DNA from: an uncultured Clostridia bacterium
GTDB lineage: Bacteria; Bacillota; Clostridia; Christensenellales; Borkfalkiaceae
DNA length: 64,000 nucleotides
Direction: 5' to 3'
Assembly: GCA_944354125.1 (NCBI GenBank)
Contig: CALVPT010000010.1
Span: forward strand, 11,543-75,542
The position numbers were made by a program, and so were the translations under genes. The notes below the pieces were generated by a model, which saw only the letters and a list, made by a program, of their open reading frames with translations, was not told the DNA's origin and made no database searches. Shown in pieces: positions 27,165 through 36,073 of the stretch; the stretch's first letter is position 1; the number at the start of each line of letters is the position of its first letter.

Positions 27165-27197
27165 AATTCACCGAAGCGAATTTCGGTGAATTTTTTG
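27165..27197 (+). terminator. hairpin plus T-run between the kinase gene and the GH3 gene (terminator or attenuator)
   Basis: AATTCACCGAA (27165-27175) pairs with TTCGGTGAATT (27182-27192), followed by TTTTG. The GH3 ribosome binding site AGGAGG follows within 10 nt. Confidence 0.55.
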
Positions 27198-27212
27198 TTA
27201 GGAGGAAATGAG

Positions 27213-30200
27213 ATGGTAAAGACTCGTAAAGGAAGATTTGCAATTGCAATTGCTTCAGTTGTACTTGCAGGGGCAATGGTCTTCTCGTCTGCGTGCACGG
27301 GTGCTATAGGCCCTCAGGGTGATCGTGGCCCTCAGGGTGAACAGGGTATTCAGGGTCCTGCAGGACAGGATGGTGAAACGCCTTACATAGGCGAAAATGG
27401 AAATTGGTGGGTAGGTGATACAGACCTCGGCATAAATGCCGGTACAACACCCGACCCCTTGGTGGCGCTCAATGAGACGAAGGCACCTATAACGCATGAT
27501 GTTTCAGGATACTTATATGCGGATGGTAAGTTTGTAGCAGACTATGAAAATTTAGATGAAAATCTCAAAGCGAGCCGTGAACTCAATTTACAGGTAGCGA
27601 GAGAGGGCTTTGTATTGATGAAGAACGACAATGATGCTCTTCCTCTTACAAAGGAAAAGTCTGTAACCTTGCTCGGCTTCCGTTCGTACAATCCCATGAC
27701 GGGTGGCGGCGGTTCGGGTTCTGGCATAGTAGGAGCTTATGGCGTTCCCTATACCAACCTCGTAACCGGTATTAAAAACGGCGGCTTTGAAATAAACCCC
27801 AGAGTGCAAAGGGTATATGAAGAAAACGGAGCAATGTCCAGCAGTACGGAACTGTCGCCTTCCATTCTGGAAGCTGCTGAGGATTCGTATGAAAGATATG
27901 ACGACGCCGCTATCATTACAATCGGCCGTTCGGGCTCTGAAGGTAGCGACATAAAGATAAACAACGTCGACGGACACAAGGACAAGACAGACCACTTCCT
28001 CGAGCTCGAAGACAATGAAGAGGAACTCATAAGGTATGCAAAGCAGCACTTCGACAAGGTTATCGTGCTCATCAATTCGGCAAATACGATAGAGCTTGGC
28101 GAGCTCAACGCTCCCAAGACGGCAGATAACCTCGGTGTAGACGCAATCTTGCAGGTAGGTCATCCCGGCAACGACGGTTTTGCCGTTCTCGGAGAAATTT
28201 TAAACGGTACTACGTCGCCTTCCGGCAAGACGGTAGATACCTGGACGAGAGATTTCACGAAAGATCCTTCGTATAAGAATTTCAGCTCTATGACCCAGAA
28301 CGGAGAGGGGTGGAACAATAATCTGTACAACACCGACGGCAGCGTAAACGCAAGCTATCACGTTGTAGAATACCGAGAAGACATCTATGTCGGATACAAA
28401 TATTATGAAACTTTATACGACGATATGTCTGCGGAAGACAAGGATGCCGCTGACAAGTGGTACGATGAAGCCGTCGTATATCCTTTCGGCTATGGTCTTT
28501 CCTATACGTCGTTCAAGTGGGAGCTTGTCGGCGCAGGACAGGGTGCAATAACCGCTGCAAACGAAACGGTTACTCTTAAGGTAAAAGTTACGAATATCGG
28601 CGATGTTGCGGGTAAGGACATAGTTCAGATGTATGTAAATCCTCCTTATACATACGGCGAAATTGAAAAGGCGAGCGCAAATCTTATGGCATTTGCCAAG
28701 ACTGATCTCCTTCAGCCGGGACAGAGCCAGGTGCTTACTCTTCAGTGCATCGCTCAGGATTTTGCATCGTTCGACTGGAACGATATGAACGCCAACGGCT
28801 TCAAGGGCTATGAGCTCGAGGCAGGCGAATATAAAGTTTCTTTAAACCGTAATGCGCACGACGAAGTTTTAAGCGTAGTCCGCACAATTGAAGAGGACAT
28901 AAAGTGCGCAACCGACTATACGACGGGCGATGAAATCACCGCAGTATTCAGCCAGGATAGCGGCACTTGGGCAGAATTCAACTCTACCAGTGCTTCTCTT
29001 ACGGCAAACATGCTGTCCAGAATGGATCTGACAGCCATTCCTGAGGCTGCAAGCGTAGCCGACAGAACGATGACTGCTGCGTTTGTCGATGAGGTTGAAG
29101 CACTCGACAATATGGCATCCTGCAAGGATGAAGAAACCGACCCTTGGTATGTGGCAGATGTCCCCGAAGGATGGACGCAGGGTGCTGGCGTAACCGATGA
29201 GGACGGTAAATATGCAATCCAGCTCAGGGATATGGCAGGCGTTCCTTATCAGGAATATGAAATTAAAGACGGTGAAGTCATTGTAGGTACAGATGCAGGC
29301 AGTCAGAAGTGGGAGCAATTCCTCAATCAGCTTTCGTGGGACGAAATGACAAGACTTGTTCAGTACGGCTGGTACGGAAGGCTTGGTCTCGATACGATAG
29401 GCATGGCATTCCAGGCAGATACCGACGGTCCTTCGCAGCTTGCCGGTCCTTACCTTTGGATTGTTGACCGTGCTCCCGGAACCTTGGGCGGCGGTACCTG
29501 CTGGGTAGGTGCGGTAATTCAGGCTTCGACCTGGAACGAGCCCCTTCTTGAAGACATAGGCGAAGCAATCGGCAATGAGGCACTCTTCGTCAACCTCAAC
29601 GGTTGGTATGGCCCCGGCATGAATTTGCATCGTTCACCTTTCGGCGGACGTAACTTCGAGTATTATTCCGAAGACGGCGTACTCTCCGGAAAGATGGCTG
29701 CGGCAGTTGTAGGCGGCGCATCTTCCAAGGGTGTTGTATGCTACATCAAGCACTTGTTCCTCAACGATCAGGAAACCGACCGCGATACTCTGTTTACTTT
29801 TGTTTCAGAACAGGCAATACGCGAAATTTACTTAAAGCCCTTCGAAATGGCTATAAAGGAAGGCCACGCAATGGGCATTATGGCTGCTAAAAACCGTGTA
29901 GGAAAGGTCAGCGCGGAGGCAAATGCGGCACTTATGAACAGTGTGATACGCGGCGAGTGGAACTTCAAGGGCGTAGTTGTAACAGATGCTTACAGCGGAA
30001 TGGCTTGCAAGACTGTAGATGCAATGATGCGTAGCGGTACAGATATTCCTCTCAGCGGCGTCGGCAAGCGCAGCAACGCAGACGGCACTTACTTCCTTGA
30101 ACAGAACAGATGGGACGAGGAGACCAATATGGTATATGTAGGCGCTCAGCGTTATGCTCCTGCTTACGGCGATGTCGTTCAGCAGCCGGACAGCGTTCTC

Positions 30201-30605
30201 AATGTTGAATCGCCTACACTGTACGCATCCGTACGCAGAGCCGTAATGCATCTTCTGTATACTGCAGCAAACTCGTCGGGAAACAGAAATGGTTGGGTCA
30301 ACGGTGAGACGGAAGAAATTACTGCTGAGTTTGGAAGATGGTCGAATTCGATAACTGTTGAGATCGGTAACGGTCATAAGTTATCAAACGTAAAAGTTTT
30401 AACTGCCCTTCCCGACAACATCAGTGTGTCGGAGGACGGAGTAGTGACCATTACAGCATCTGGCGTATACGAATTCACAATCGAATGCGTAGTTGACGGC
30501 TGGATAGGTCTTACGGATGAAACCAACCAGACAAATGCAGAACATATTGCCGTAGATGCGGTTCGCGAAATTTCGACGCTTGTAGTTAAGATTACTGTAA
30601 ACTAA
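27213..30605 (+). CDS. glycoside hydrolase family 3, domain-permuted, probable lipoprotein with a collagen-like N-terminal stalk
   Basis: Start moved to ATG 27213 (AGGAGG ribosome binding site). Signal/lipobox is AGAMVFSSAC. Nine G-X-Y triplets follow. GH3 C-domain-type segments (FVLMKNDNDALPL, VYPFGYGLSYTSF) and an Fn3-like segment (VKVTNIGDVAGKDIVQMYV) precede the catalytic barrel segments. The barrel segments are GPGMNLHRSPFGGRNFEYYSEDG, KHLFLNDQE and GVVVTDA. Confidence 0.85.
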   Translation: MVKTRKGRFAIAIASVVLAGAMVFSSACTGAIGPQGDRGPQGEQGIQGPAGQDGETPYIGENGNWWVGDTDLGINAGTTPDPLVALNETKAPITHDVSGYLYADGKFVADYENLDENLKASRELNLQVAREGFVLMKNDNDALPLTKEKSVTLLGFRSYNPMTGGGGSGSGIVGAYGVPYTNLVTGIKNGGFEINPRVQRVYEENGAMSSSTELSPSILEAAEDSYERYDDAAIITIGRSGSEGSDIKINNVDGHKDKTDHFLELEDNEEELIRYAKQHFDKVIVLINSANTIELGELNAPKTADNLGVDAILQVGHPGNDGFAVLGEILNGTTSPSGKTVDTWTRDFTKDPSYKNFSSMTQNGEGWNNNLYNTDGSVNASYHVVEYREDIYVGYKYYETLYDDMSAEDKDAADKWYDEAVVYPFGYGLSYTSFKWELVGAGQGAITAANETVTLKVKVTNIGDVAGKDIVQMYVNPPYTYGEIEKASANLMAFAKTDLLQPGQSQVLTLQCIAQDFASFDWNDMNANGFKGYELEAGEYKVSLNRNAHDEVLSVVRTIEEDIKCATDYTTGDEITAVFSQDSGTWAEFNSTSASLTANMLSRMDLTAIPEAASVADRTMTAAFVDEVEALDNMASCKDEETDPWYVADVPEGWTQGAGVTDEDGKYAIQLRDMAGVPYQEYEIKDGEVIVGTDAGSQKWEQFLNQLSWDEMTRLVQYGWYGRLGLDTIGMAFQADTDGPSQLAGPYLWIVDRAPGTLGGGTCWVGAVIQASTWNEPLLEDIGEAIGNEALFVNLNGWYGPGMNLHRSPFGGRNFEYYSEDGVLSGKMAAAVVGGASSKGVVCYIKHLFLNDQETDRDTLFTFVSEQAIREIYLKPFEMAIKEGHAMGIMAAKNRVGKVSAEANAALMNSVIRGEWNFKGVVVTDAYSGMACKTVDAMMRSGTDIPLSGVGKRSNADGTYFLEQNRWDEETNMVYVGAQRYAPAYGDVVQQPDSVLNVESPTLYASVRRAVMHLLYTAANSSGNRNGWVNGETEEITAEFGRWSNSITVEIGNGHKLSNVKVLTALPDNISVSEDGVVTITASGVYEFTIECVVDGWIGLTDETNQTNAEHIAVDAVREISTLVVKITVN

Positions 30606-30707
30606 GGCGGTTGGCACGCATTAGCGACATAGAATACAGCGTATGCCAACCCTGTCAAAGGGTTGGCATTGCGTTTTATGAATAACAGAAAGAGGCTGAT
30701 TTTAATT

Positions 30708-32255
30708 ATGAAACTCAAAAAAATTATTGCCATATTGCTGACGGTCGGCGTGGCGGCAACCTTTGCTGTTCTGCCCGCCTGCAATAAGTCGGATGCGCAA
30801 TCCGGTCACAAAGTGCATATAGATACCGATTGGAACGGAATTTGCGATACCTGCGGTCAACCCATAGACGAGGCGAGCATTGTGCCCGAAAAACCCACGG
30901 ATACCACTCCCGAACAGCCGGATAATCCAGATGAAAAGCCTGATGATAAGCCTGATGATAAGCCTGAACAGCCGGATAATCCATCGACAGAACCGACAAA
31001 ACCCGTTGCGCGCATTACAGTCAAAAACGGTCCTGAAAAGAATGAGTATTTTGTGGGCGATGAGTTTATTCCGGACGGCGGCATGCTTACTGTAAATTAT
31101 ACCGACAGAACATCGGAAGAAATACCCTTTACGACAGCAGGTGTCACCTTTACGGGGGCAGATACTTCAAGTGTCGGCTCAAAGACAATAAGCGTGACAT
31201 ATGGCGGAAAGAAAGCCAACTTTACCATAAACGTCATTGCCGTTGCAGGCATCGTCACATTCGATATGAATTACGACGGAGCAGAAGATATGCTGGTAAA
31301 GGTTGGCGAAGGTCGTACGATAGCTAAACCTGAAGATCCTGTCCGCTCGGGATATGACTTCTTTGATTGGTACAGCGACGAGGCATGTACAATCTCATAC
31401 GAATTCGGCAAAGACATAATAACCGAGGATGTCACTGTCTATGCAAGCTGGAAGGGCAGCAACGACTTTGTCGTAACTTATGACCTCAATTACTACGGCG
31501 TTGCAAGAGAAGAATATTCCCAGATAGTTGCATACGGGGCTGCTGCGCGCCCGATAGCGCAACCTGAAAGAGCAGAATTTACATTCGGCGGCTGGTTTAC
31601 TGACGAGGCTCTGACAGATGAGTATAAGGCAGGCGAGGCAATAACCGAAGATACAATCATACGTGCAAAGTGGAACCGTATCTCTACGGAACGCAAGACC
31701 TATACGTTCGAGGCTGAAAATACCGACCTTACGGGCAAAGTAGGCCCCGGTTTCTCGGGCGAGTCTCTCGGCGCGGATATGATAGTCACCGATGTTGCGG
31801 GGCAGAATAATCTTGGCGCGAGTGGCGGAAGGTACGTTTCTTCGCTGTACAAGAAGGGGCTAGGGCTTGAATTCTATATTGCCAGCAGCGAAAAGGTAAC
31901 CGACGCCGAGATAACCGTCGCCGTAGCTTACGACAATGCTCTGGATAAGCCGGGTACGCTCACTTTCACAAGCGATGAATATCAGGTCATTGTCAATGGC
32001 AAGCCCATGCAATTTTCTGATTTTACCGTTGTTAAGGGCGAAAAATTCAGCGATAAGATTGTCATTAAGGGCGTAACGCTTGAAGAGGGATACAATTTTA
32101 TTCAGCTCCTCACCAACAACGACAGGCATCCTTGGGGCAATCCGGGAGAGGGTACTTATCAGGGAACGGCACCGGTAATAGACTGCATAAAAATTACGAC
32201 ATCGTCTGTGCTGATATGGGACCAGAACTATAATCTGCCTGCAAACGAAAAATAA
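30708..32255 (+). CDS. surface lipoprotein with Pro/Asp/Lys linker, Ig-like domain, two InlB-B-type (Listeria-Bacteroides) repeats and a C-terminal CBM6/35-like module
   Basis: Signal is MKLKKIIAILLTVGVAATFAVLPAC. Repeats are GYDFFDWYSDEACT...VTVYASW and FTFGGWFTDEALT...TIIRAKW. The C-terminal part YTFEAENTDLTG...GGRYVSSL...GYNFIQL resembles a carbohydrate-binding module. The start is uncertain (30663, 30678 or 30708). Confidence 0.7.
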   Translation: MKLKKIIAILLTVGVAATFAVLPACNKSDAQSGHKVHIDTDWNGICDTCGQPIDEASIVPEKPTDTTPEQPDNPDEKPDDKPDDKPEQPDNPSTEPTKPVARITVKNGPEKNEYFVGDEFIPDGGMLTVNYTDRTSEEIPFTTAGVTFTGADTSSVGSKTISVTYGGKKANFTINVIAVAGIVTFDMNYDGAEDMLVKVGEGRTIAKPEDPVRSGYDFFDWYSDEACTISYEFGKDIITEDVTVYASWKGSNDFVVTYDLNYYGVAREEYSQIVAYGAAARPIAQPERAEFTFGGWFTDEALTDEYKAGEAITEDTIIRAKWNRISTERKTYTFEAENTDLTGKVGPGFSGESLGADMIVTDVAGQNNLGASGGRYVSSLYKKGLGLEFYIASSEKVTDAEITVAVAYDNALDKPGTLTFTSDEYQVIVNGKPMQFSDFTVVKGEKFSDKIVIKGVTLEEGYNFIQLLTNNDRHPWGNPGEGTYQGTAPVIDCIKITTSSVLIWDQNYNLPANEK

Positions 32256-32266
32256 AGGAGCGCACC

Positions 32267-35200
32267 ATGAAAAATATATTTGGAACTATATTTGCAAAAA
32301 AAATTTCACGCATATGGTTTATAGTCACTGCGGTAGTACTTGCGCTGCTGATAGTAATTAACGTGCTTGCCAGTACGACTTTCTATACGGTCTTTGCCAG
32401 TGTGCTTGGTGGTCGTAGAGCTAAGTATGCAGAGGGAAGCGAAGCAATATATCTTCCTGATTACGACAGCAAAGAAGCTGTTTTGGCTGCAGCGGAAAAG
32501 TATAACGAAAAGATAGCGGAAGAAGGCTTTGTACTGTTGAAAAATAAAGACAATGCATTGCCTGTGTATACCCCCGAAAGTCAGGAACATGCTACCGCTG
32601 AAAAGCCTAAAGTAAGCATATTCGGCAAGAACAGCGTCAACCTTGCATACGGCGGTTCGGGTTCGGGTGGTGGAGGCGGTGCTTCTGCTAAGACGCTTTA
32701 TGATAGTCTGCATGAGGCGGGATACATCACTAATCCCGAACTTGAAAAGTTTTATTCTGACAATAATGCCTCCGGCAAGGCTCGTCCCGCAAAGCCGGAA
32801 GGTTCTAACCTTGATGACGGTAAGACTGTCACCATACCGACATATGAAACTCCTCAATCGATGTACACCGATGCCGTAACGCAGAGCTATGAGCAGTATT
32901 CAGATGTTGCCATAGTCGTATTCACCAGAATGGGCGGCGAAGGGTTCGATTTGCCTCGCACTATGGAAGGTTCTCCCGATACTCATTACCTCGAACTTGA
33001 CGAAAACGAAAAGGCGCTTTTGAAATCAGTATGTTCAGGACCGTTCAAAAAAGTCGTAGTGCTTCTCAACGTCGGTACGTCTATGGAATTGGGATTTTTA
33101 GACGCCCCTGAATACAACGACAGGATTGACGCTTGCCTTTGGATGGGTTTCCCCGGTAACAGCGGTGCAATGGCTGTCGGAAGAATACTCAACGGAAATG
33201 TAAATCCTAGCGGCAGGACGGTCGACACTTACGCTGCGGACTTTACGCTCAATCCCTCGTGGAATAATTTCGGTGAAAGTCAGAGCGGTTACGACTCCCT
33301 CCGCGTAGGCGGCAAGGACAGCGGATATTATTTTGTAGACTACGAAGAAGACATATATGTAGGATATAAATATTATGAAACGCGCGGATATGACGAAAAA
33401 CAGTCAGGTAATGGCGGCTGGTATGACCAGAATGTAATCTATCCATTCGGTTATGGCCTTTCCTATACGCAGTTTCAGTGGGAAATAAATGCCGATTCGC
33501 TGCGCGGAGCGACAATTGCCGCCGACGGTAAGTATGAGATAACCGTAAAAGTTACAAATACGGGCGATGTGGCGGGCAAAGACGTAGTTGAATTGTACGG
33601 ACATGCGCCTTACTATTATTTCGGTATAGAAAAGCCCTATGTCACTTTGCTCGATTTTGCCAAAACTCCGCTTATTCAGCCCGGCAAGAGCACGGAAGTT
33701 ACGCTGACTTTCGACCCGTATTATCTTGCAAGTTACGACTATAACGATGTAAACGGCAACGGGTTCTCGGGCTATGAGCTCGAAGCATACGACAGTTCTG
33801 CCGATGCACCTTATTGTCTGTATATTTCAGCAAATTCGCACGATTTTACAAACGCTATAGAGTTCAATGTGCCTGCGGAAGGAATAAAGTATGCCGAAGA
33901 TCCTACTACGGGCAACGATGTCGAGAACAGATATACCAGCAACGAAGATGCAAGGTATGACTCGGACTATCACATCACGTCTTCGGGGTCGCAGTATCTT
34001 ACAAGGGGCGATTGGAGCGGTACTATGCCCACTGCAGCCGTTACGGACACGAAGGACGAAAGAGAGGTCAGCGACCAACTCATAGCTTTTCTTGGTGAAA
34101 AACACAACACGAATTTCAGTGACGAAGATGTTGAAACCGATGTCGCGTTCGGCGAAGAGCTTGTGGTAAGTTACAGGGATATGCTTTACAATGAAGGTGT
34201 ATATGCCTTCGGCGAGGACGACGAGCAAAAGTGGCTTTCCTTTACCGACTATGACGATGGCAGGTGGAAGTATCTTCTGAATGCCGCAAGCTCCGACGAG
34301 CTTATCAATATGATAAATTACGGAGCGTTCCAGTCTGGGGCAATACCCAGCATCGGCAAACCGCTGACGAACGATACCGACGGCCCTTCGGGTTTTGTAA
34401 ACTTCATGCTTACCGACGGTACCTATTGGGGAACGTGCTACTATGCTTCACAGATAGTCGTCGCTTCCAGCTGGAGCGAAGAAATTGCTCAGGGCTTTGG
34501 CGAAATGGTCGGCAACGAGGGAATAATCGGTTCTGACGGGCACGGCAACGGTATGCCCTATTCGGGTTGGTATGCCCCCGGCGTAAACATACATCGTTCG
34601 CCTTTCGGTGGTCGTAACTTTGAATACTGTTCAGAAGATGCCCTTCTGACGGGTAAAATGGCGGCTGCACAAATTCGGGGTTGCCAGTCAAAGGGTGTTT
34701 ACTGCTTTGTAAAGCATTTTGCAGTCAACGACCAGGAAACTCACCGTTCAAGTAACGGCGTTTCGGTATGGCTCAATGAACAGACGCTCCGCGAAACCTA
34801 TTTGCGCGCCTTCGAAATAGTTGTCAAAGAGGGGAATACGAGGGCGATAATGTCATCCTTCAACCGCATTGGCGGCGTATGGGCAGGCGGCGACTATCGC
34901 TTGCTCACGGAAATACTTCGCGGCGAGTGGGGCTTTAACGGTACTGTCATAACCGACTTTACCAGCGGCGCATATATGAATGCTCGCCAGATGGCGTATG
35001 CGGGTGGCGACCTCAACCTCAACAATCAGGAAAAGTATATCTGGAGCGATTTTGATGAAAATAACGTCAACGATGTGGCGGTGCTCCGCCGCTGTGCGAA
35101 AAATGTTCTCTATACAGTTTTGCACTCGAACGCTATGAACGGCGAAATAATCGGATACGGTATGCCTGTATGGCAGATCTGTATGGTTGCTGTAGACTGC

Positions 35201-35323
35201 GTAATAGTTGCGGGGCTTGCTGTCTGGGGCTTCTTTGCCATAAAGGGCGCTTTCAAAAGCGTAATGTTTCCACCGAGGAATGATTTTAATAACACAGATA
35301 AACATCATTTCCTGAAATCATAA
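32267..35323 (+). CDS. glycoside hydrolase family 3, domain-permuted, with N-terminal signal-anchor and C-terminal TM helix
   Basis: N-terminal helix is IWFIVTAVVLALLIVINVLA. Motifs FVLLKNKDNALPV and IYPFGYGLSYTQF are followed by APGVNIHRSPFGGRNFEYCSEDA, KHFAVNDQE and GTVITDF. C-terminal helix is ICMVAVDCVIVAGLAVWGFFAI. Confidence 0.85.
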   Translation: MKNIFGTIFAKKISRIWFIVTAVVLALLIVINVLASTTFYTVFASVLGGRRAKYAEGSEAIYLPDYDSKEAVLAAAEKYNEKIAEEGFVLLKNKDNALPVYTPESQEHATAEKPKVSIFGKNSVNLAYGGSGSGGGGGASAKTLYDSLHEAGYITNPELEKFYSDNNASGKARPAKPEGSNLDDGKTVTIPTYETPQSMYTDAVTQSYEQYSDVAIVVFTRMGGEGFDLPRTMEGSPDTHYLELDENEKALLKSVCSGPFKKVVVLLNVGTSMELGFLDAPEYNDRIDACLWMGFPGNSGAMAVGRILNGNVNPSGRTVDTYAADFTLNPSWNNFGESQSGYDSLRVGGKDSGYYFVDYEEDIYVGYKYYETRGYDEKQSGNGGWYDQNVIYPFGYGLSYTQFQWEINADSLRGATIAADGKYEITVKVTNTGDVAGKDVVELYGHAPYYYFGIEKPYVTLLDFAKTPLIQPGKSTEVTLTFDPYYLASYDYNDVNGNGFSGYELEAYDSSADAPYCLYISANSHDFTNAIEFNVPAEGIKYAEDPTTGNDVENRYTSNEDARYDSDYHITSSGSQYLTRGDWSGTMPTAAVTDTKDEREVSDQLIAFLGEKHNTNFSDEDVETDVAFGEELVVSYRDMLYNEGVYAFGEDDEQKWLSFTDYDDGRWKYLLNAASSDELINMINYGAFQSGAIPSIGKPLTNDTDGPSGFVNFMLTDGTYWGTCYYASQIVVASSWSEEIAQGFGEMVGNEGIIGSDGHGNGMPYSGWYAPGVNIHRSPFGGRNFEYCSEDALLTGKMAAAQIRGCQSKGVYCFVKHFAVNDQETHRSSNGVSVWLNEQTLRETYLRAFEIVVKEGNTRAIMSSFNRIGGVWAGGDYRLLTEILRGEWGFNGTVITDFTSGAYMNARQMAYAGGDLNLNNQEKYIWSDFDENNVNDVAVLRRCAKNVLYTVLHSNAMNGEIIGYGMPVWQICMVAVDCVIVAGLAVWGFFAIKGAFKSVMFPPRNDFNNTDKHHFLKS

Positions 35324-35332
35324 AAAAGTTTA

Positions 35333-35378
35333 AAAGATAATCCCCGAGTTACTCACAGAATTTCAGGGATTATCTTTT
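35333..35378 (+). terminator. rho-independent terminator after the GH3 operon
   Basis: AAAGATAATCCC (35333-35344) pairs with GGGATTATCTTT (35366-35377). Confidence 0.55.
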
Positions 35379-35479
35379 ACTTATTCAAGATTAAAAAATA
35401 TATTGACAAGGACTATGTTTAACAAATATTATATAAGCGTGTACAACGCTTATAGATGTTTGATAAAGGGAGGAATAAA

Positions 35480-36073
35480 ATGACAGAACGTGAAAAAATG
35501 CAGCAGGGGCTACTCTATGATGCCAATTATGATGAGGAATTATTGGCAGAAAGAATAAGATGTAAAGATTTGTGCTTTGAATACAATCAGTTGCCGCCCT
35601 CGCATACTTCCGAACAGGAGCAGATAATAAGGAAGCTTTTTAAAAGAACGGGTAAGCAATTCTGTATCACTGCCCCGTTCTGGTGCGATTATGGATGCAA
35701 TATAGAGATTGGAGAGAATTTTTATACCAATCATAACTGCATTATACTTGACGGTGCTAAGGTAGTGTTCGGGGATAACGTCTTCATTGCTCCGAATTGC
35801 GTATTTTCTACCGCAGGACATCCTCTGGATACAGAACAGCGCAACAAGGGGTTAGAATATGCTTATCCTATTACGGTTGGCAATAATGTATGGTTTGGTG
35901 CATCTGTAACCGTGTTGCCCGGCGTAAAAATAGGCAGTAATACTGTAATAGGTGCGGGAAGTCTCGTCAATCGTGATATCCCCGACGGTGTTGTTGCAGT
36001 AGGTAATCCGTGTATGGTGTTGCGCAAAATAACCGAAGAGGATAAGAAAAAGTATTGGAGGAATGTAAAATGA
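35480..36073 (+). CDS. maa: maltose/galactoside O-acetyltransferase (left-handed beta-helix)
   Basis: N-terminus MTEREKMQQGLLYDANYDEELLAERIRCKDLCFEYN is Maa-like and is followed by hexapeptide repeats. GGGAGG ribosome binding site before ATG 35480. A TTGACA-18-TATTAT promoter lies at 35403-35432. Confidence 0.85.
   Translation: MTEREKMQQGLLYDANYDEELLAERIRCKDLCFEYNQLPPSHTSEQEQIIRKLFKRTGKQFCITAPFWCDYGCNIEIGENFYTNHNCIILDGAKVVFGDNVFIAPNCVFSTAGHPLDTEQRNKGLEYAYPITVGNNVWFGASVTVLPGVKIGSNTVIGAGSLVNRDIPDGVVAVGNPCMVLRKITEEDKKKYWRNVK

Noticed and set aside
27162-27212. N-terminal extension MNSPKRISVNFLLGGNE of the GH3 ORF given by the ORF track
   Set aside because: This stretch is the terminator hairpin plus the AGGAGG ribosome binding site. 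The Met at 27213 starts a normal signal peptide.
30912-30983. Short tandem and direct DNA repeats (GAACAGCCGGATAATCCA twice, GATAAGCCTGAT twice)
   Set aside because: They lie inside the 30708-32255 CDS and simply encode the Pro/Asp/Lys linker (EQPDNP, DDKPDDKP). They are not a CRISPR array or a regulatory repeat.
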